Part shown: positions 18,768 to 28,553 of the stretch, piece after piece | How the letters are laid out: the number at the start of each line of letters is the position of its first letter | Position numbering within the stretch: the stretch's first letter is position 1 | Virus record (IMG/VR): IMGVR_UViG_3300015370_000030 | Coordinates: 1-37,982 of that record | Reading direction: 5' to 3' (one strand) | DNA length: 37,982 bases | Source of the DNA: a virus | Taxonomy: Duplodnaviria > Caudoviricetes | Notes under the pieces: model-generated | The model's database searches: none | Seen by the model: the letters and a program-made list of their open reading frames with translations, nothing else | Told to the model about the DNA's origin: nothing | Program-made: the position numbers and the translations under genes

Positions 18768-19778
18768 ATGGCAAACAGAATGAGTAGAATAGGACAAATA
18801 TCGACAGCGGGCACGCAGAATATGATAGGTGCATTCGGGGCCGGAATTGAAACTCAGCAACGTATGCAAACCATAGAAAGCAATCAAATACTTCTGAACG
18901 AGAAGAAAAGGGTTGAGAATTCCTCTTTTATTCTCAGGCAGAAATTGGAAGCAGCAAAACAGCAGGGATTGAGAGACGAGGACATGATGAGCCTTGCCCA
19001 CGATCATTACATGGAGAATGGTGATATAAAAATGGCCTCCGATTTGGTAGACAGCAAAATAGGGCAATTGACAAGCCTTGTGAAGGATAAGGATGAACTT
19101 ATGATTGCATATAGAGGTAGTTGGCTTCAGGAAAAATATCCGATTAAACCAACCGAAGATCCAAATAAAATCGAGGTTCAGCTTCCAGACGGCAGAAAGA
19201 TAAGGGTTGACTCTCAAAAAGTGTGGGAGAAGCTTAGACCAGACCTGGCAGAAAAGGAAGAGATAGAGTTGATAAAGCAACGAACAGAGACAGAAAAACT
19301 GAGGGGCGAAAAGCTGAAAGCCGAAACTGAATGGTGGAAAACCGGAAAACTCCAAGTAAGCCCGGAAAAGGAAGCGTTGGCAAAAAAAAGGATAAAAGAA
19401 ACAGAATTGTTAGGAACCGCAAGACCCCAAACAGAGGAACAAAAAAAATTAACCGAGGCAAGAACGAGGGAAATAGAACAGAAAATAGAGAAATACAAGA
19501 GAAGTGTTCGGGGCGGCACAGCGTTAAAACCAAATGAAATCCTTAATATAAACAAAAGAATCACCGAGATCAGGAATCTTATGGAAATGGAATCAAGGAC
19601 TTCTAATCTTATCCCTTACTATCGAAAAGAACTGGAATCATTAAGAGAAATAATTGATGATAGTGAGAAGAATAAATTCGCGAAGGAAATTCCGACAATT
19701 ACAAGTCAGGAACAATGGGAAAAATTGCCATCCGGTTCAGTATTTATGAGCGATGGCAGAAAATTCAGGAAACCATAA
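18768..19778 (+). CDS. Putative DNA ejection protein (second)
   Basis: Charged helical protein between the gp7-like and giant genes; C-terminal IPTITSQEQWEKLPSGSVFMSDGRKFRKP mini-domain. Confidence 0.55.
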   Translation: MANRMSRIGQISTAGTQNMIGAFGAGIETQQRMQTIESNQILLNEKKRVENSSFILRQKLEAAKQQGLRDEDMMSLAHDHYMENGDIKMASDLVDSKIGQLTSLVKDKDELMIAYRGSWLQEKYPIKPTEDPNKIEVQLPDGRKIRVDSQKVWEKLRPDLAEKEEIELIKQRTETEKLRGEKLKAETEWWKTGKLQVSPEKEALAKKRIKETELLGTARPQTEEQKKLTEARTREIEQKIEKYKRSVRGGTALKPNEILNINKRITEIRNLMEMESRTSNLIPYYRKELESLREIIDDSEKNKFAKEIPTITSQEQWEKLPSGSVFMSDGRKFRKP

Positions 19779-22700
19779 TGCCTAATCCTTGGGAAGAAAA
19801 ATCTATCTTAGTTGATGAAGCCCCGTGGGAATCTTCTTCTGAATTGATCGAAGATGTTTCTAATCCATGGGAAGCCAGATCAGAATTGATTGAAGATAAA
19901 CCGGAAGTCCAGACAATGACGGCAATCCCTGACATCCAGCCAACCCAGCCAACAAGACTCACAGAACCAGTTGTGGCAGCGGCAGAAATAGGGCTGATGG
20001 AACCAGATATGCCGAGCATTCCTCCTGCTTATGCTCCTGTTATGGCACCCGTGATTTTAGAAGCTGAAAGTTTTCAAAAAAAATACAAGGGAACATTGTT
20101 TGGATTTCCCGAAGAACCACCAGAAAGGCCGCCGATAGAAAGGATACCAAGTGCTATAAATGCTATGTGGGAAGGTGCAAGATTGTCCGGGTATCAAACG
20201 CTTGGGGGTGTTGGAGGAATAACAAGGGCAACCGGGGAATACGTTAAAAAGGTAATTCCCGGATTGGGACGAGAGATCCAGGGGTGGGGGAATTCCATAA
20301 ATAATTATGTGACCGAACAATATCAAAAAAATGCTCCCCAATATGAAGTCGGAGGATTAGAGGACACTCTTTTTCACGGTATTATGAGTGCCGTTAATAG
20401 CATGACATTGTTTGCGTTAAGCGGAAAAATACCAATGCCCTATCGGGTAGATATGGCACTTGAAAAAGCAATAGGCTTTCTTCCTAAATATATTTCAAAA
20501 GTCATGAGTCCCGCAACAGCAAAGTTCATCGGCGGCATTGCTACTCAACAAGCCGGAGAAAGTTATAATAGATATAGAGATGAGGGCGCAGATGAATACG
20601 AAGCTACTATAAGGGCTGTGTGGGATGGATTTGGCGAAGCGATGCCAGAAGTACTTATACCAGGAGAAATAGGATTGTTATCCGGTAGCGCTCGCGGAAT
20701 AAAAGGAATACTTAAAACAGTTGTGGCAGAAATTCCACAAGAATCAATAACTTTTTTTATGCAGAAATTAAATCAATGGCAAAGAGATTATTCCAAAGAA
20801 AAGAAACCGGCTGCAGGATTCTACGATTACGTTAAGGACCGAGTGGTTAAATACGATAAGAAAACAAAGAAACATCCATTTCTGGAAGAGTATCTGAATT
20901 TAGTTAAACAGGTTGTTATAAGCACCGGAGCGATGGGCGGAGTTAGCCATATAGCAGAAAAAATAGAAGGTATTCCTGCGGAAGAAATGAAAAGAATTCC
21001 AACAGAAGAAGAATTAAGACAAGCTGCTGAAGAATATTTTAAAACATTAGAAGAAGAGTTTTTGCCACCGCCAAGAGAAGAAGAAGTCCCTGTAGCGGGC
21101 AAGCCAGAGGGCGAGGTTGAAGCAGAAACCTCAGAATCGCTTCAAAAACAAATAGACGATAGATTTGATTATTACATGGACGAGAAGGGAATGAGTTTCA
21201 GCGAAACAAATAAACAGAAAGATGTGATAGAATTATATAAAAAAAGAGATGAAATAGATTCAAAAGATTTATCAGAAGCTAGATCAGATATAAAAAGCAG
21301 GATAGATAAAATAGATAAAGACATTGATTCAGATTATATTTTAAATGAAATTTACAACTTAAATGATGCGGGTGAACTTGGCGCATATATGGCTGTTCAA
21401 TATACTCAAAAAGCAGTAAAGAATAGAGAAGAAACGGGCAAGAAAATAGCAAAACACCTTACAAAAAAATACGGCAAAGAAAACAATCTCGACATGGACG
21501 CTGTCTTAAACCCAGCTATTTCTGGCTGGTCAAAAATTAAACAGAGAGAGTTCATAAAAGATATTGCAGATAAATCTAATAAAATACTGGACGCGGTGGA
21601 ATCTTATTTTGAGGGAAAACCGCCTGAAAAGATTCCTGCCGTTCCTGTTGAGAAGCCACAAGTAATCCCCGAACCAAAACCAACAGAACCCGCCGTTGTC
21701 CCAGAAAAAAATAAACTTGTGGAAATATTACAGTCAAAAACTAAGTATAAAGTGATGGTGGACGATTCCCTTGGAATGACATTATCGGAATACGAACAGA
21801 AGGTAGGAACAAAACAGGACAAGGTTTTTAACGCTGTGGCAAATTCTAATTCACTCACCAGAGAAATTTTTATAAGTCCCGAAATGGCAAATGCCTGTAC
21901 AGAACTTATACTCGATAAATACCCAGGCATAAATCGAAACAATTTACTGGACGAGATTTATGACGAGGCAATAAAACATGAGAATGAACATTTGAATGAT
22001 TGGGAAACTCGTTTTGAAAAAGGAGCTACTAAAGAACAACTGAGAAGCAGGGAAAGAACATTAACAAATAGATCAAATAAAAGAATAGAAAAATACGCAA
22101 AAGCAGAGTACGATAAGTTGCAACTCAAAAAAACCGTCGTTGTTCCTGAAACAGAACCAATAAAAAAAGATTATCGCAAAAGGGTAGCTGAAAAACTATT
22201 TAAAATGGCTGAATCAAAAGGATTTGATATTTCTTTTAAGGATGAATACTCTATTCCCCCAAGACTTTCAAAAAAAGATATTGTTAAAGCACTGAAGGGA
22301 ACAGGAATAACGATAGAACAATTATTATCTGATCCTCATGAAGGATATATCAGTCTGGTAAAAGGTAGTGGAAATTTCAGCGGTCAATATACTTTGTTAA
22401 AAAAGCCCCCAACAAGTGAATTAATAAAAGAAGTTTCGAAAGTTAAACCGGTTGAGGGAGTCAAAGAACCGGAGAAGGAAATCACAGTTACTTCTAAATA
22501 TCTAAGAGAATTAAAGAAATCCAGATTGAAACCCGTTACCGGACTACCCGGGAAAGCGGCAGGCGAAAGAATATTGGAAAAATCATTGAAACGATCAGAA
22601 CAAACCGGAATAGCCACAAATTTGATATTTTTCGATGTCGATAACATGAAGGCGTTAAATACCAAATATGGACATGAAGGAACAGATAAGATACTGAAAG

Positions 22701-25700
22701 AAATCGGAAAATCATTTAAAAAGAATGCCGGCCTAAGGGCGATTGCATATAATCCCTATGGAGATGAATTCCTTTGGATCAATTCTGGTTCAGAAGAACA
22801 AGCGGCAAAATTCAAAGATACGATTTTAGCTAATATCAGGAAAGATTTGATTGAGGCAGGCTATGAAGACGTAACATTATCCGGTGGTTTTGCCAGCAGA
22901 TATGAAGATAGCGGGCAGTTGGAGTCCATTATACAGGAAGCCGATGAACAGATGGCAATAGAAAAAATTGAAAAAAAGAAGATACCGTCAAGAACTCTCG
23001 AACAAGTTAGATCAGAAATAGAAGCATATAAGGCAGAACATGAAGGGAAGATACTGGATACTCATCCGCTGATAGAGGAATTAAAGACATTGCAGAAAAG
23101 AGGTGAAGGCATTACCGAACCAGGCAAAGGAATGACCAGACGAGCAGGCGAACAGAGACCAAGAGCAGAAGTCCTTTCGGGGGAAAAGAGAAGGAAACTC
23201 ACACCCAAACAAGCACTTAAAAAGGAGGTTGAGAGAATTGATGAAGAAATCACTAAAAAAGAAGCTGTGGGAGAAATCACTCCAGAAACGCGTAGACAAA
23301 TTGATATCGAAAATCAAAAAGTCAGGAAGCCTGTCCTTCCAGGCGAAGAAGAAGTAAGAGTAAATCCGCAGGAATTGTTCTTTGACCCTGATGCCCTTCA
23401 GTTTAAATTAGATACCACAGAAAAGGGAATAAGGGATAGAATAACATCGGAAATACATAAAAAAGCATCCGCAGGTGTAGTTATTGTATATGAAAGATTA
23501 GATGGAAAAACATATGTTGTTTCCGGTCATCATCGAATTGAATATGAACAAAGAATGGGAATAATTGATAGACCTGCAATCAGGTTCAAAGAATCAGACG
23601 GATTTACAGAAGAAGATATGTTAGCAGAAGGAGCATTGGATAATATCTATCAGGGAGACGGAAACGCCTATGATTGGGCAAACTTTGCCAGATATAATAA
23701 AACTGTCAAAATAGATACTGAGGGTTTGCCGCAGAAGGGGAAAGAAGCCATAGTCACAGGCAGAAATGCAACAGATAATCTTTATGAGAAGTTCACAAAA
23801 AGAGAAATTTCTTCCGCTATGGCTTATGCGATTTCAGAAGAAGTTCCAAACAATATCGAAGCGCAGAACACGGCTTTGAGATACATTGAATCAAGCAAAA
23901 CAAAAGTCACAGCGGAACAGATGCAACAAAGATTAAGAACAATAAAAATGTTCCAGGAAATGGACATAAAAGCACCTGCCGGAAAACAGATGGGACTGTT
24001 CGGTGATGAAGAAGCCCACGCAGAAATGATCGATAAGGTTGCAAAACAAGCATTAAAACATATTAAAGAATTAACAGAGAAAATAAATTCAGTCAGAGGC
24101 GCATTGAAGGACAAAAACAGAGCTAAAATTGCAGAAGAATTCGGGTTTAAAGTAGAAAACTTTGAAGAAGCAAAAAGAATGTATGATAAATTAAAAATAG
24201 ACGTAGAGAAATGGAAGAACTGGGATAAATATGAAGAATTGAGAAATCAGTTATTAAGAGAAGTTGGGATAAATAGCAATAAACTGGAAGAATCTGTAAT
24301 TGGAGTTGTGGATAAAAAAATCGTCGAAGTAGGAAAATCCGTTGATGAGTATATAGAAGAATATACACTGCCATTAGGATTATCTATCAAAGAAGTGAAA
24401 GGGAAAGAAATATCTGATGATATAAATTATCCCATTAAAGAAAAACTTGGAAGTGAATCAAAAGAAGTAGAAGAACAATGGCAGAAATCAAAGGGCATAC
24501 AATCACCCGGAATAGCCAGAAAGGCTGCGGCATGGGTCAGAAAATTATTATCGGAATTGAAACATTATCCATTGCTTGATAAAAAAACAGATGGAGCAGT
24601 AATGGAAGAGTTAAGACAGTTTGAAGCCATACCGCAATATTCAAGAGTAGCATCTTATAATGTCGTAAGAGGCATAGTAATTAAATTGGGGGCTAAAAAA
24701 TATGATGTCTTTAGCAGAAATATTATATTGCCAGATTTGCTTGCAGATATCAAGGCTGGGAAATATGAAAACAAAGAACTTCCATTTAACTATACCATCG
24801 AACAATTAGAAGCAGATTTAAATAAATACAGAAAATTTCTTGCGAATAATCCGGATATTGAGAAAGCCGTTGAGGAAAGAAATTCTTTCATGAATGATTT
24901 AAAAAAGGAACTTGTTAAAAACAAATTATTATCCAGAGAAACATTAGATAAGAAAGATTATTTTCATCATCAAGTACTAAAATATATGGACTATAAAAAT
25001 CAGAATATTAAGTTATCATCAAAGGATGTTCGATTAAAAAGCAAAGGATTCCAAAAAGCCAGAATAGGTTCCATAGAAAATTATAATACAGAATATATCG
25101 AAGCGGAAGCAGAGGTTATCGCTCAGGCCATAGGACAATTGGAAACAGTGAAACGATTGAAGAATTTAGAGAAATTGACCAATATTTATCAGGATTTAAA
25201 GGGGGAAGCCGATCTTCAAAACAAATATACAGTTCATGGCGGAAAAGATCAATATTACAAAATGCTTGAATTAAAAGCAGAGATAAAAGAACTTCAGGCC
25301 AGTCCTGACGCAAAAGAAAAAGATGTTAAGGAACATATGGCGGGATTGAAAGATCAATTAGCGGTATTAGATGTTCTTGCTCCCTTCAGGAAAAGAGTGA
25401 TAGCATCAAAGGCTGTTCTTGCCAATAAATTTGCAGCCAAAGGCGATATGCCGGACAATATGCCAGGGGAATTTGAACCGGCATTGAGAAAACTCATTAA
25501 AGATTTTGCAAGAAAACCAAAAACAATTGAAGAAGCGGAAGAAATATATGACGAAGGGGCATTGTTGGATGAAGAATTTCTTCCAGATGAAATAGAAGAA
25601 GAAGGTGCAAGATTTTTTGATTTGATAAACTGGCTGGCAAAGCAGGATCATCCGTCATCGATTCCAGCCAGGGGAGTATTCAAGGCCATCCAGGATAGAA

Positions 25701-27586
25701 AAGTATTCATAAAAGAAACATGCGGGAAAGAATTTAAAACAGTTCAAAATTATATTCCAGAAGACCATATATCCTGGAAGCCCAAACTTAGAAATTTCTA
25801 TAATGCTTTTGCAATAGATGAAAAGATAGCAATTGAAGTCTTGAATAATCTTGATATGGAGGTGGTTTTAAATCCATCTCAGATTAGGAATATAATCGCA
25901 TTGGGGAAAGCTGTTGAATGGATAATACCTAGAAGAATTGCCGAAACATTTGATCATATAAGAGACTTTTCGGAAGACTATGCTTTGGGGGCATTATCTA
26001 AGAACATAACAAATTCCTGGAAACAGTGGATACTTATGAATCCATATAGAGCATTTAAATATAACCTGAATAATATGTCTGGAGATGTTGATATTACTCT
26101 TGCTTTTGATCCCGTTATATTAACATATTCCTGGCAATCCGCAAAAGACTTATGGGATTATAATATATCTAAAAAGGGGATAACTGGGGAACTATTGAAA
26201 CTGGTAAATAAAGGAGTTCTGGATTCTGGATTAACTTCAGTCGAAATTCCGGATATATCGAAAGAAGGGTTTTTCAGGTCGTTGACGGGTAAAGGTGAGG
26301 AAAATTTCATTGAAAAATATTGGCATGGCGTAAAAAATTTTTCTGTGTGGAGAGAAAATATATTGCGATTGGCAGCCTATAGATATTTTTTAGATAAATG
26401 GAATTCTGGAGTAAAAACATATGGGGCATCTGACAAAACTGTTATTGATAACATACCTGACATCGAAGATAAGGCAGCAAGATTGGCAAGAGAATTGATC
26501 GGGGATTACGGAAATATATCCAAAGCTGGACAATATTTAAGAGAACATCATATTCCTTTTTTTTCCTGGATGGAGATCAACGCCCCAAGATATTATATGC
26601 TGATGAAAAACCTGCCCAACGAAGAAGCCGGAACGGGAAAAGCTGGAAGATATGCGAAATTAGGATTCTGGAAACTGGGAAAAGGCTACGGCAAATTAGC
26701 AATCAAAGCAACCATGTTATATGCTCTTGCTACTTTATGGAACCTCTCTGCATTTCCAGAAGAAGAAGAGAAATTAAGAAGAGGGCGACGAGAATTACAT
26801 TTGATTCTACCTAATTTAAAAACATTATTTCAAAAAGGAAAATGGTCGGCACTGGCAGACGATGGTACCATTAAATCTGTACGATTTCAAGGTGCGCTTT
26901 CTGATGCATTGAACTGGTTTGCTTTAGAAGACCTGCCGTATGATATAGCCGATGTCGTAAGAGGAAAAACAACAATAAAAAAGAAATTATACGAAGCCGC
27001 TATGGCGCCAGTAAATAAAATTGTAACATCTGTAAATCCTATCCACAAAACACTTTTATATGAAATGTGGGCTAAAAAATCTTTATATCCTGACATAACT
27101 CGTCCTCGTCCTATCAGGGATGTACCCGAATATCTTATGAAAATAGTATCGTTGGATAAAATATATAATTATTTTGCAGGAAAACCTACTCGTGGGTGGG
27201 AAAATGATGTAGCTAATATTTTTACATACACAACTGACCCGGGTGAGACATCCTATTTCACAATAAGGCAGATCGGAGCTGAATTTTTAGAAAAAAAGGG
27301 ATTTGAATATCCTTCGATAACACCAGCGAAACGATCAAATGCACTATATTATTATAGACAAGCAATAAGATTTAAAGATGATAAAGCTGCCGACAGATTC
27401 AAAAAGGAATACTATAAATTAGGAGGCACAGACAAGGGTATGGAAAGCAGCATATCAAAAGCGGCGCCATTGAATTTCATTCCAACAAGATATAAAGAAG
27501 AATTTAATAAATCACTCGATGGAACAGAATTAGATATTCTGAAAGAAGCGGAACATTGGTATAAAACATTTTATAAAGGAAAGTAA
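19778..27586 (+). CDS. Giant multidomain (polyvalent) ejection-type protein with HExxH, GGDEF-like and ParB-like domains
   Basis: Likely ATG 19778 (TAATG overlap), about 2600 aa; HENEH at 21977-21991; FDVDNMKALNTKYGHEGTD...YGDEF (YGDEF at 22757-22771); TYVVSGHHR (SGHHR at 23522-23536); C-terminal ARELIGDY...IPFFSW region typical of large internal virion proteins. Confidence 0.85.
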   Translation: MPNPWEEKSILVDEAPWESSSELIEDVSNPWEARSELIEDKPEVQTMTAIPDIQPTQPTRLTEPVVAAAEIGLMEPDMPSIPPAYAPVMAPVILEAESFQKKYKGTLFGFPEEPPERPPIERIPSAINAMWEGARLSGYQTLGGVGGITRATGEYVKKVIPGLGREIQGWGNSINNYVTEQYQKNAPQYEVGGLEDTLFHGIMSAVNSMTLFALSGKIPMPYRVDMALEKAIGFLPKYISKVMSPATAKFIGGIATQQAGESYNRYRDEGADEYEATIRAVWDGFGEAMPEVLIPGEIGLLSGSARGIKGILKTVVAEIPQESITFFMQKLNQWQRDYSKEKKPAAGFYDYVKDRVVKYDKKTKKHPFLEEYLNLVKQVVISTGAMGGVSHIAEKIEGIPAEEMKRIPTEEELRQAAEEYFKTLEEEFLPPPREEEVPVAGKPEGEVEAETSESLQKQIDDRFDYYMDEKGMSFSETNKQKDVIELYKKRDEIDSKDLSEARSDIKSRIDKIDKDIDSDYILNEIYNLNDAGELGAYMAVQYTQKAVKNREETGKKIAKHLTKKYGKENNLDMDAVLNPAISGWSKIKQREFIKDIADKSNKILDAVESYFEGKPPEKIPAVPVEKPQVIPEPKPTEPAVVPEKNKLVEILQSKTKYKVMVDDSLGMTLSEYEQKVGTKQDKVFNAVANSNSLTREIFISPEMANACTELILDKYPGINRNNLLDEIYDEAIKHENEHLNDWETRFEKGATKEQLRSRERTLTNRSNKRIEKYAKAEYDKLQLKKTVVVPETEPIKKDYRKRVAEKLFKMAESKGFDISFKDEYSIPPRLSKKDIVKALKGTGITIEQLLSDPHEGYISLVKGSGNFSGQYTLLKKPPTSELIKEVSKVKPVEGVKEPEKEITVTSKYLRELKKSRLKPVTGLPGKAAGERILEKSLKRSEQTGIATNLIFFDVDNMKALNTKYGHEGTDKILKEIGKSFKKNAGLRAIAYNPYGDEFLWINSGSEEQAAKFKDTILANIRKDLIEAGYEDVTLSGGFASRYEDSGQLESIIQEADEQMAIEKIEKKKIPSRTLEQVRSEIEAYKAEHEGKILDTHPLIEELKTLQKRGEGITEPGKGMTRRAGEQRPRAEVLSGEKRRKLTPKQALKKEVERIDEEITKKEAVGEITPETRRQIDIENQKVRKPVLPGEEEVRVNPQELFFDPDALQFKLDTTEKGIRDRITSEIHKKASAGVVIVYERLDGKTYVVSGHHRIEYEQRMGIIDRPAIRFKESDGFTEEDMLAEGALDNIYQGDGNAYDWANFARYNKTVKIDTEGLPQKGKEAIVTGRNATDNLYEKFTKREISSAMAYAISEEVPNNIEAQNTALRYIESSKTKVTAEQMQQRLRTIKMFQEMDIKAPAGKQMGLFGDEEAHAEMIDKVAKQALKHIKELTEKINSVRGALKDKNRAKIAEEFGFKVENFEEAKRMYDKLKIDVEKWKNWDKYEELRNQLLREVGINSNKLEESVIGVVDKKIVEVGKSVDEYIEEYTLPLGLSIKEVKGKEISDDINYPIKEKLGSESKEVEEQWQKSKGIQSPGIARKAAAWVRKLLSELKHYPLLDKKTDGAVMEELRQFEAIPQYSRVASYNVVRGIVIKLGAKKYDVFSRNIILPDLLADIKAGKYENKELPFNYTIEQLEADLNKYRKFLANNPDIEKAVEERNSFMNDLKKELVKNKLLSRETLDKKDYFHHQVLKYMDYKNQNIKLSSKDVRLKSKGFQKARIGSIENYNTEYIEAEAEVIAQAIGQLETVKRLKNLEKLTNIYQDLKGEADLQNKYTVHGGKDQYYKMLELKAEIKELQASPDAKEKDVKEHMAGLKDQLAVLDVLAPFRKRVIASKAVLANKFAAKGDMPDNMPGEFEPALRKLIKDFARKPKTIEEAEEIYDEGALLDEEFLPDEIEEEGARFFDLINWLAKQDHPSSIPARGVFKAIQDRKVFIKETCGKEFKTVQNYIPEDHISWKPKLRNFYNAFAIDEKIAIEVLNNLDMEVVLNPSQIRNIIALGKAVEWIIPRRIAETFDHIRDFSEDYALGALSKNITNSWKQWILMNPYRAFKYNLNNMSGDVDITLAFDPVILTYSWQSAKDLWDYNISKKGITGELLKLVNKGVLDSGLTSVEIPDISKEGFFRSLTGKGEENFIEKYWHGVKNFSVWRENILRLAAYRYFLDKWNSGVKTYGASDKTVIDNIPDIEDKAARLARELIGDYGNISKAGQYLREHHIPFFSWMEINAPRYYMLMKNLPNEEAGTGKAGRYAKLGFWKLGKGYGKLAIKATMLYALATLWNLSAFPEEEEKLRRGRRELHLILPNLKTLFQKGKWSALADDGTIKSVRFQGALSDALNWFALEDLPYDIADVVRGKTTIKKKLYEAAMAPVNKIVTSVNPIHKTLLYEMWAKKSLYPDITRPRPIRDVPEYLMKIVSLDKIYNYFAGKPTRGWENDVANIFTYTTDPGETSYFTIRQIGAEFLEKKGFEYPSITPAKRSNALYYYRQAIRFKDDKAADRFKKEYYKLGGTDKGMESSISKAAPLNFIPTRYKEEFNKSLDGTELDILKEAEHWYKTFYKGK

Positions 27587-27587
27587 C

Positions 27588-27848
27588 ATGAACCAGGGAA
27601 TAACAATATCAGCACCGGTGCTGGCAATTATTATATGCGTCGTTGGTTTATCAATTCCAGTTATTGTGGCTATCATTCAGAAGAAGTCGAAGTATGTTTC
27701 AAAAGATATATTTGATTTGAGTCTTGGCTATATTAAGGAATCTCTTACAGACATCAAGAAATCAATGGAATCAATGAACAAGAAAATGGACAGGCATATT
27801 CAGACCAGTCATGTCAGTTTGTGTGAATTTGAAGAGGACGAGAAATGA
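27588..27848 (+). CDS. Putative holin/membrane protein
   Basis: One N-terminal TM segment followed by a coiled coil; directly upstream of and overlapping the endolysin. Confidence 0.55.
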   Translation: MNQGITISAPVLAIIICVVGLSIPVIVAIIQKKSKYVSKDIFDLSLGYIKESLTDIKKSMESMNKKMDRHIQTSHVSLCEFEEDEK

Positions 27849-28441
27849 TTAATACTCCGGAAAGGCTTACCACAATGATAAACTATCCGAAAATTATATT
27901 ATTTCCCGGTCATTCTCCTGAATTGCAGGGGGCGGCTGGGAGTAATCTGCGGGAACACGGGCTTGCCGTTGGTTTGTGCTATCTTATCGAAGAATTATTG
28001 AAACAATCAAATATTCCTGTAGAGTTCAATATCGTGCATGGCAAAACGGTTATTGAATATATCGAAAACAGAATCAATATTATAAAAGAAATATATGCGC
28101 ATGATCAGAACCTGCTTGGAATAGAAGTACATTTCGATTGCAGTACAAATATCGAAGCAAAAGGCGGGCATATAATATATTTTCCTGGAGACGAGAAAGC
28201 AAAACGTCTTGCTGTCCTGATTCAAAAAAGGCTTGTTAAAATTTTCCCGGGGAGAAGTGAACAAGTTGTTGAACGGCGAGACCTGGGCTGGCTTGCCCGA
28301 TCACCATGTCCTTCTATTCTGATTGAAGTTTGTTTTATCTCCCATTCTCCTGATATCCACAATTTTTTAAGAAAAAGAACAGTAGTTGCAGATAAAATAG
28401 TTGCGGGGATCATAGAGTATATTAAGGAAAAAAATGAATGA
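27845..28441 (+). CDS. Endolysin, N-acetylmuramoyl-L-alanine amidase (Amidase_3)
   Basis: IILFPGH...LREH, IEVHFD, PSILIEVCFISH zinc/catalytic motifs. Confidence 0.9.
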   Translation: MINTPERLTTMINYPKIILFPGHSPELQGAAGSNLREHGLAVGLCYLIEELLKQSNIPVEFNIVHGKTVIEYIENRINIIKEIYAHDQNLLGIEVHFDCSTNIEAKGGHIIYFPGDEKAKRLAVLIQKRLVKIFPGRSEQVVERRDLGWLARSPCPSILIEVCFISHSPDIHNFLRKRTVVADKIVAGIIEYIKEKNE

Positions 28442-28553
28442 ACTTATATTCTATTTTTTTATAGTCCCGATGTCATATCTTTATAATTACTGGATGTACT
28501 GGGTTCCGGTATTGGTGCTGATATTGGTAATCTGGATGGGTAGGAGGAAATGA
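28434..28553 (+). CDS. Small hydrophobic membrane protein, 39 aa (not in ORF track)
   Basis: MNELIFYFFIVPMSYLYNYWMYWVPVLVLILVIWMGRRK; AAGGA RBS; overlaps the endolysin stop and joins the next gene by ATGA. Confidence 0.6.
   Translation: MNELIFYFFIVPMSYLYNYWMYWVPVLVLILVIWMGRRK

Noticed and set aside
19715-19777. Longer N-terminus of the giant ORF given in the track
   Set aside because: Overlaps the previous gene by 64 nt; the TAATG-coupled ATG at 19778 matches the coupling used elsewhere in this genome
19778-27586. Giant protein as an N4-like virion RNA polymerase
   Set aside because: I could not find T7-type or multisubunit RNAP catalytic motifs; the recognisable modules are HExxH, GGDEF-like and ParB-like
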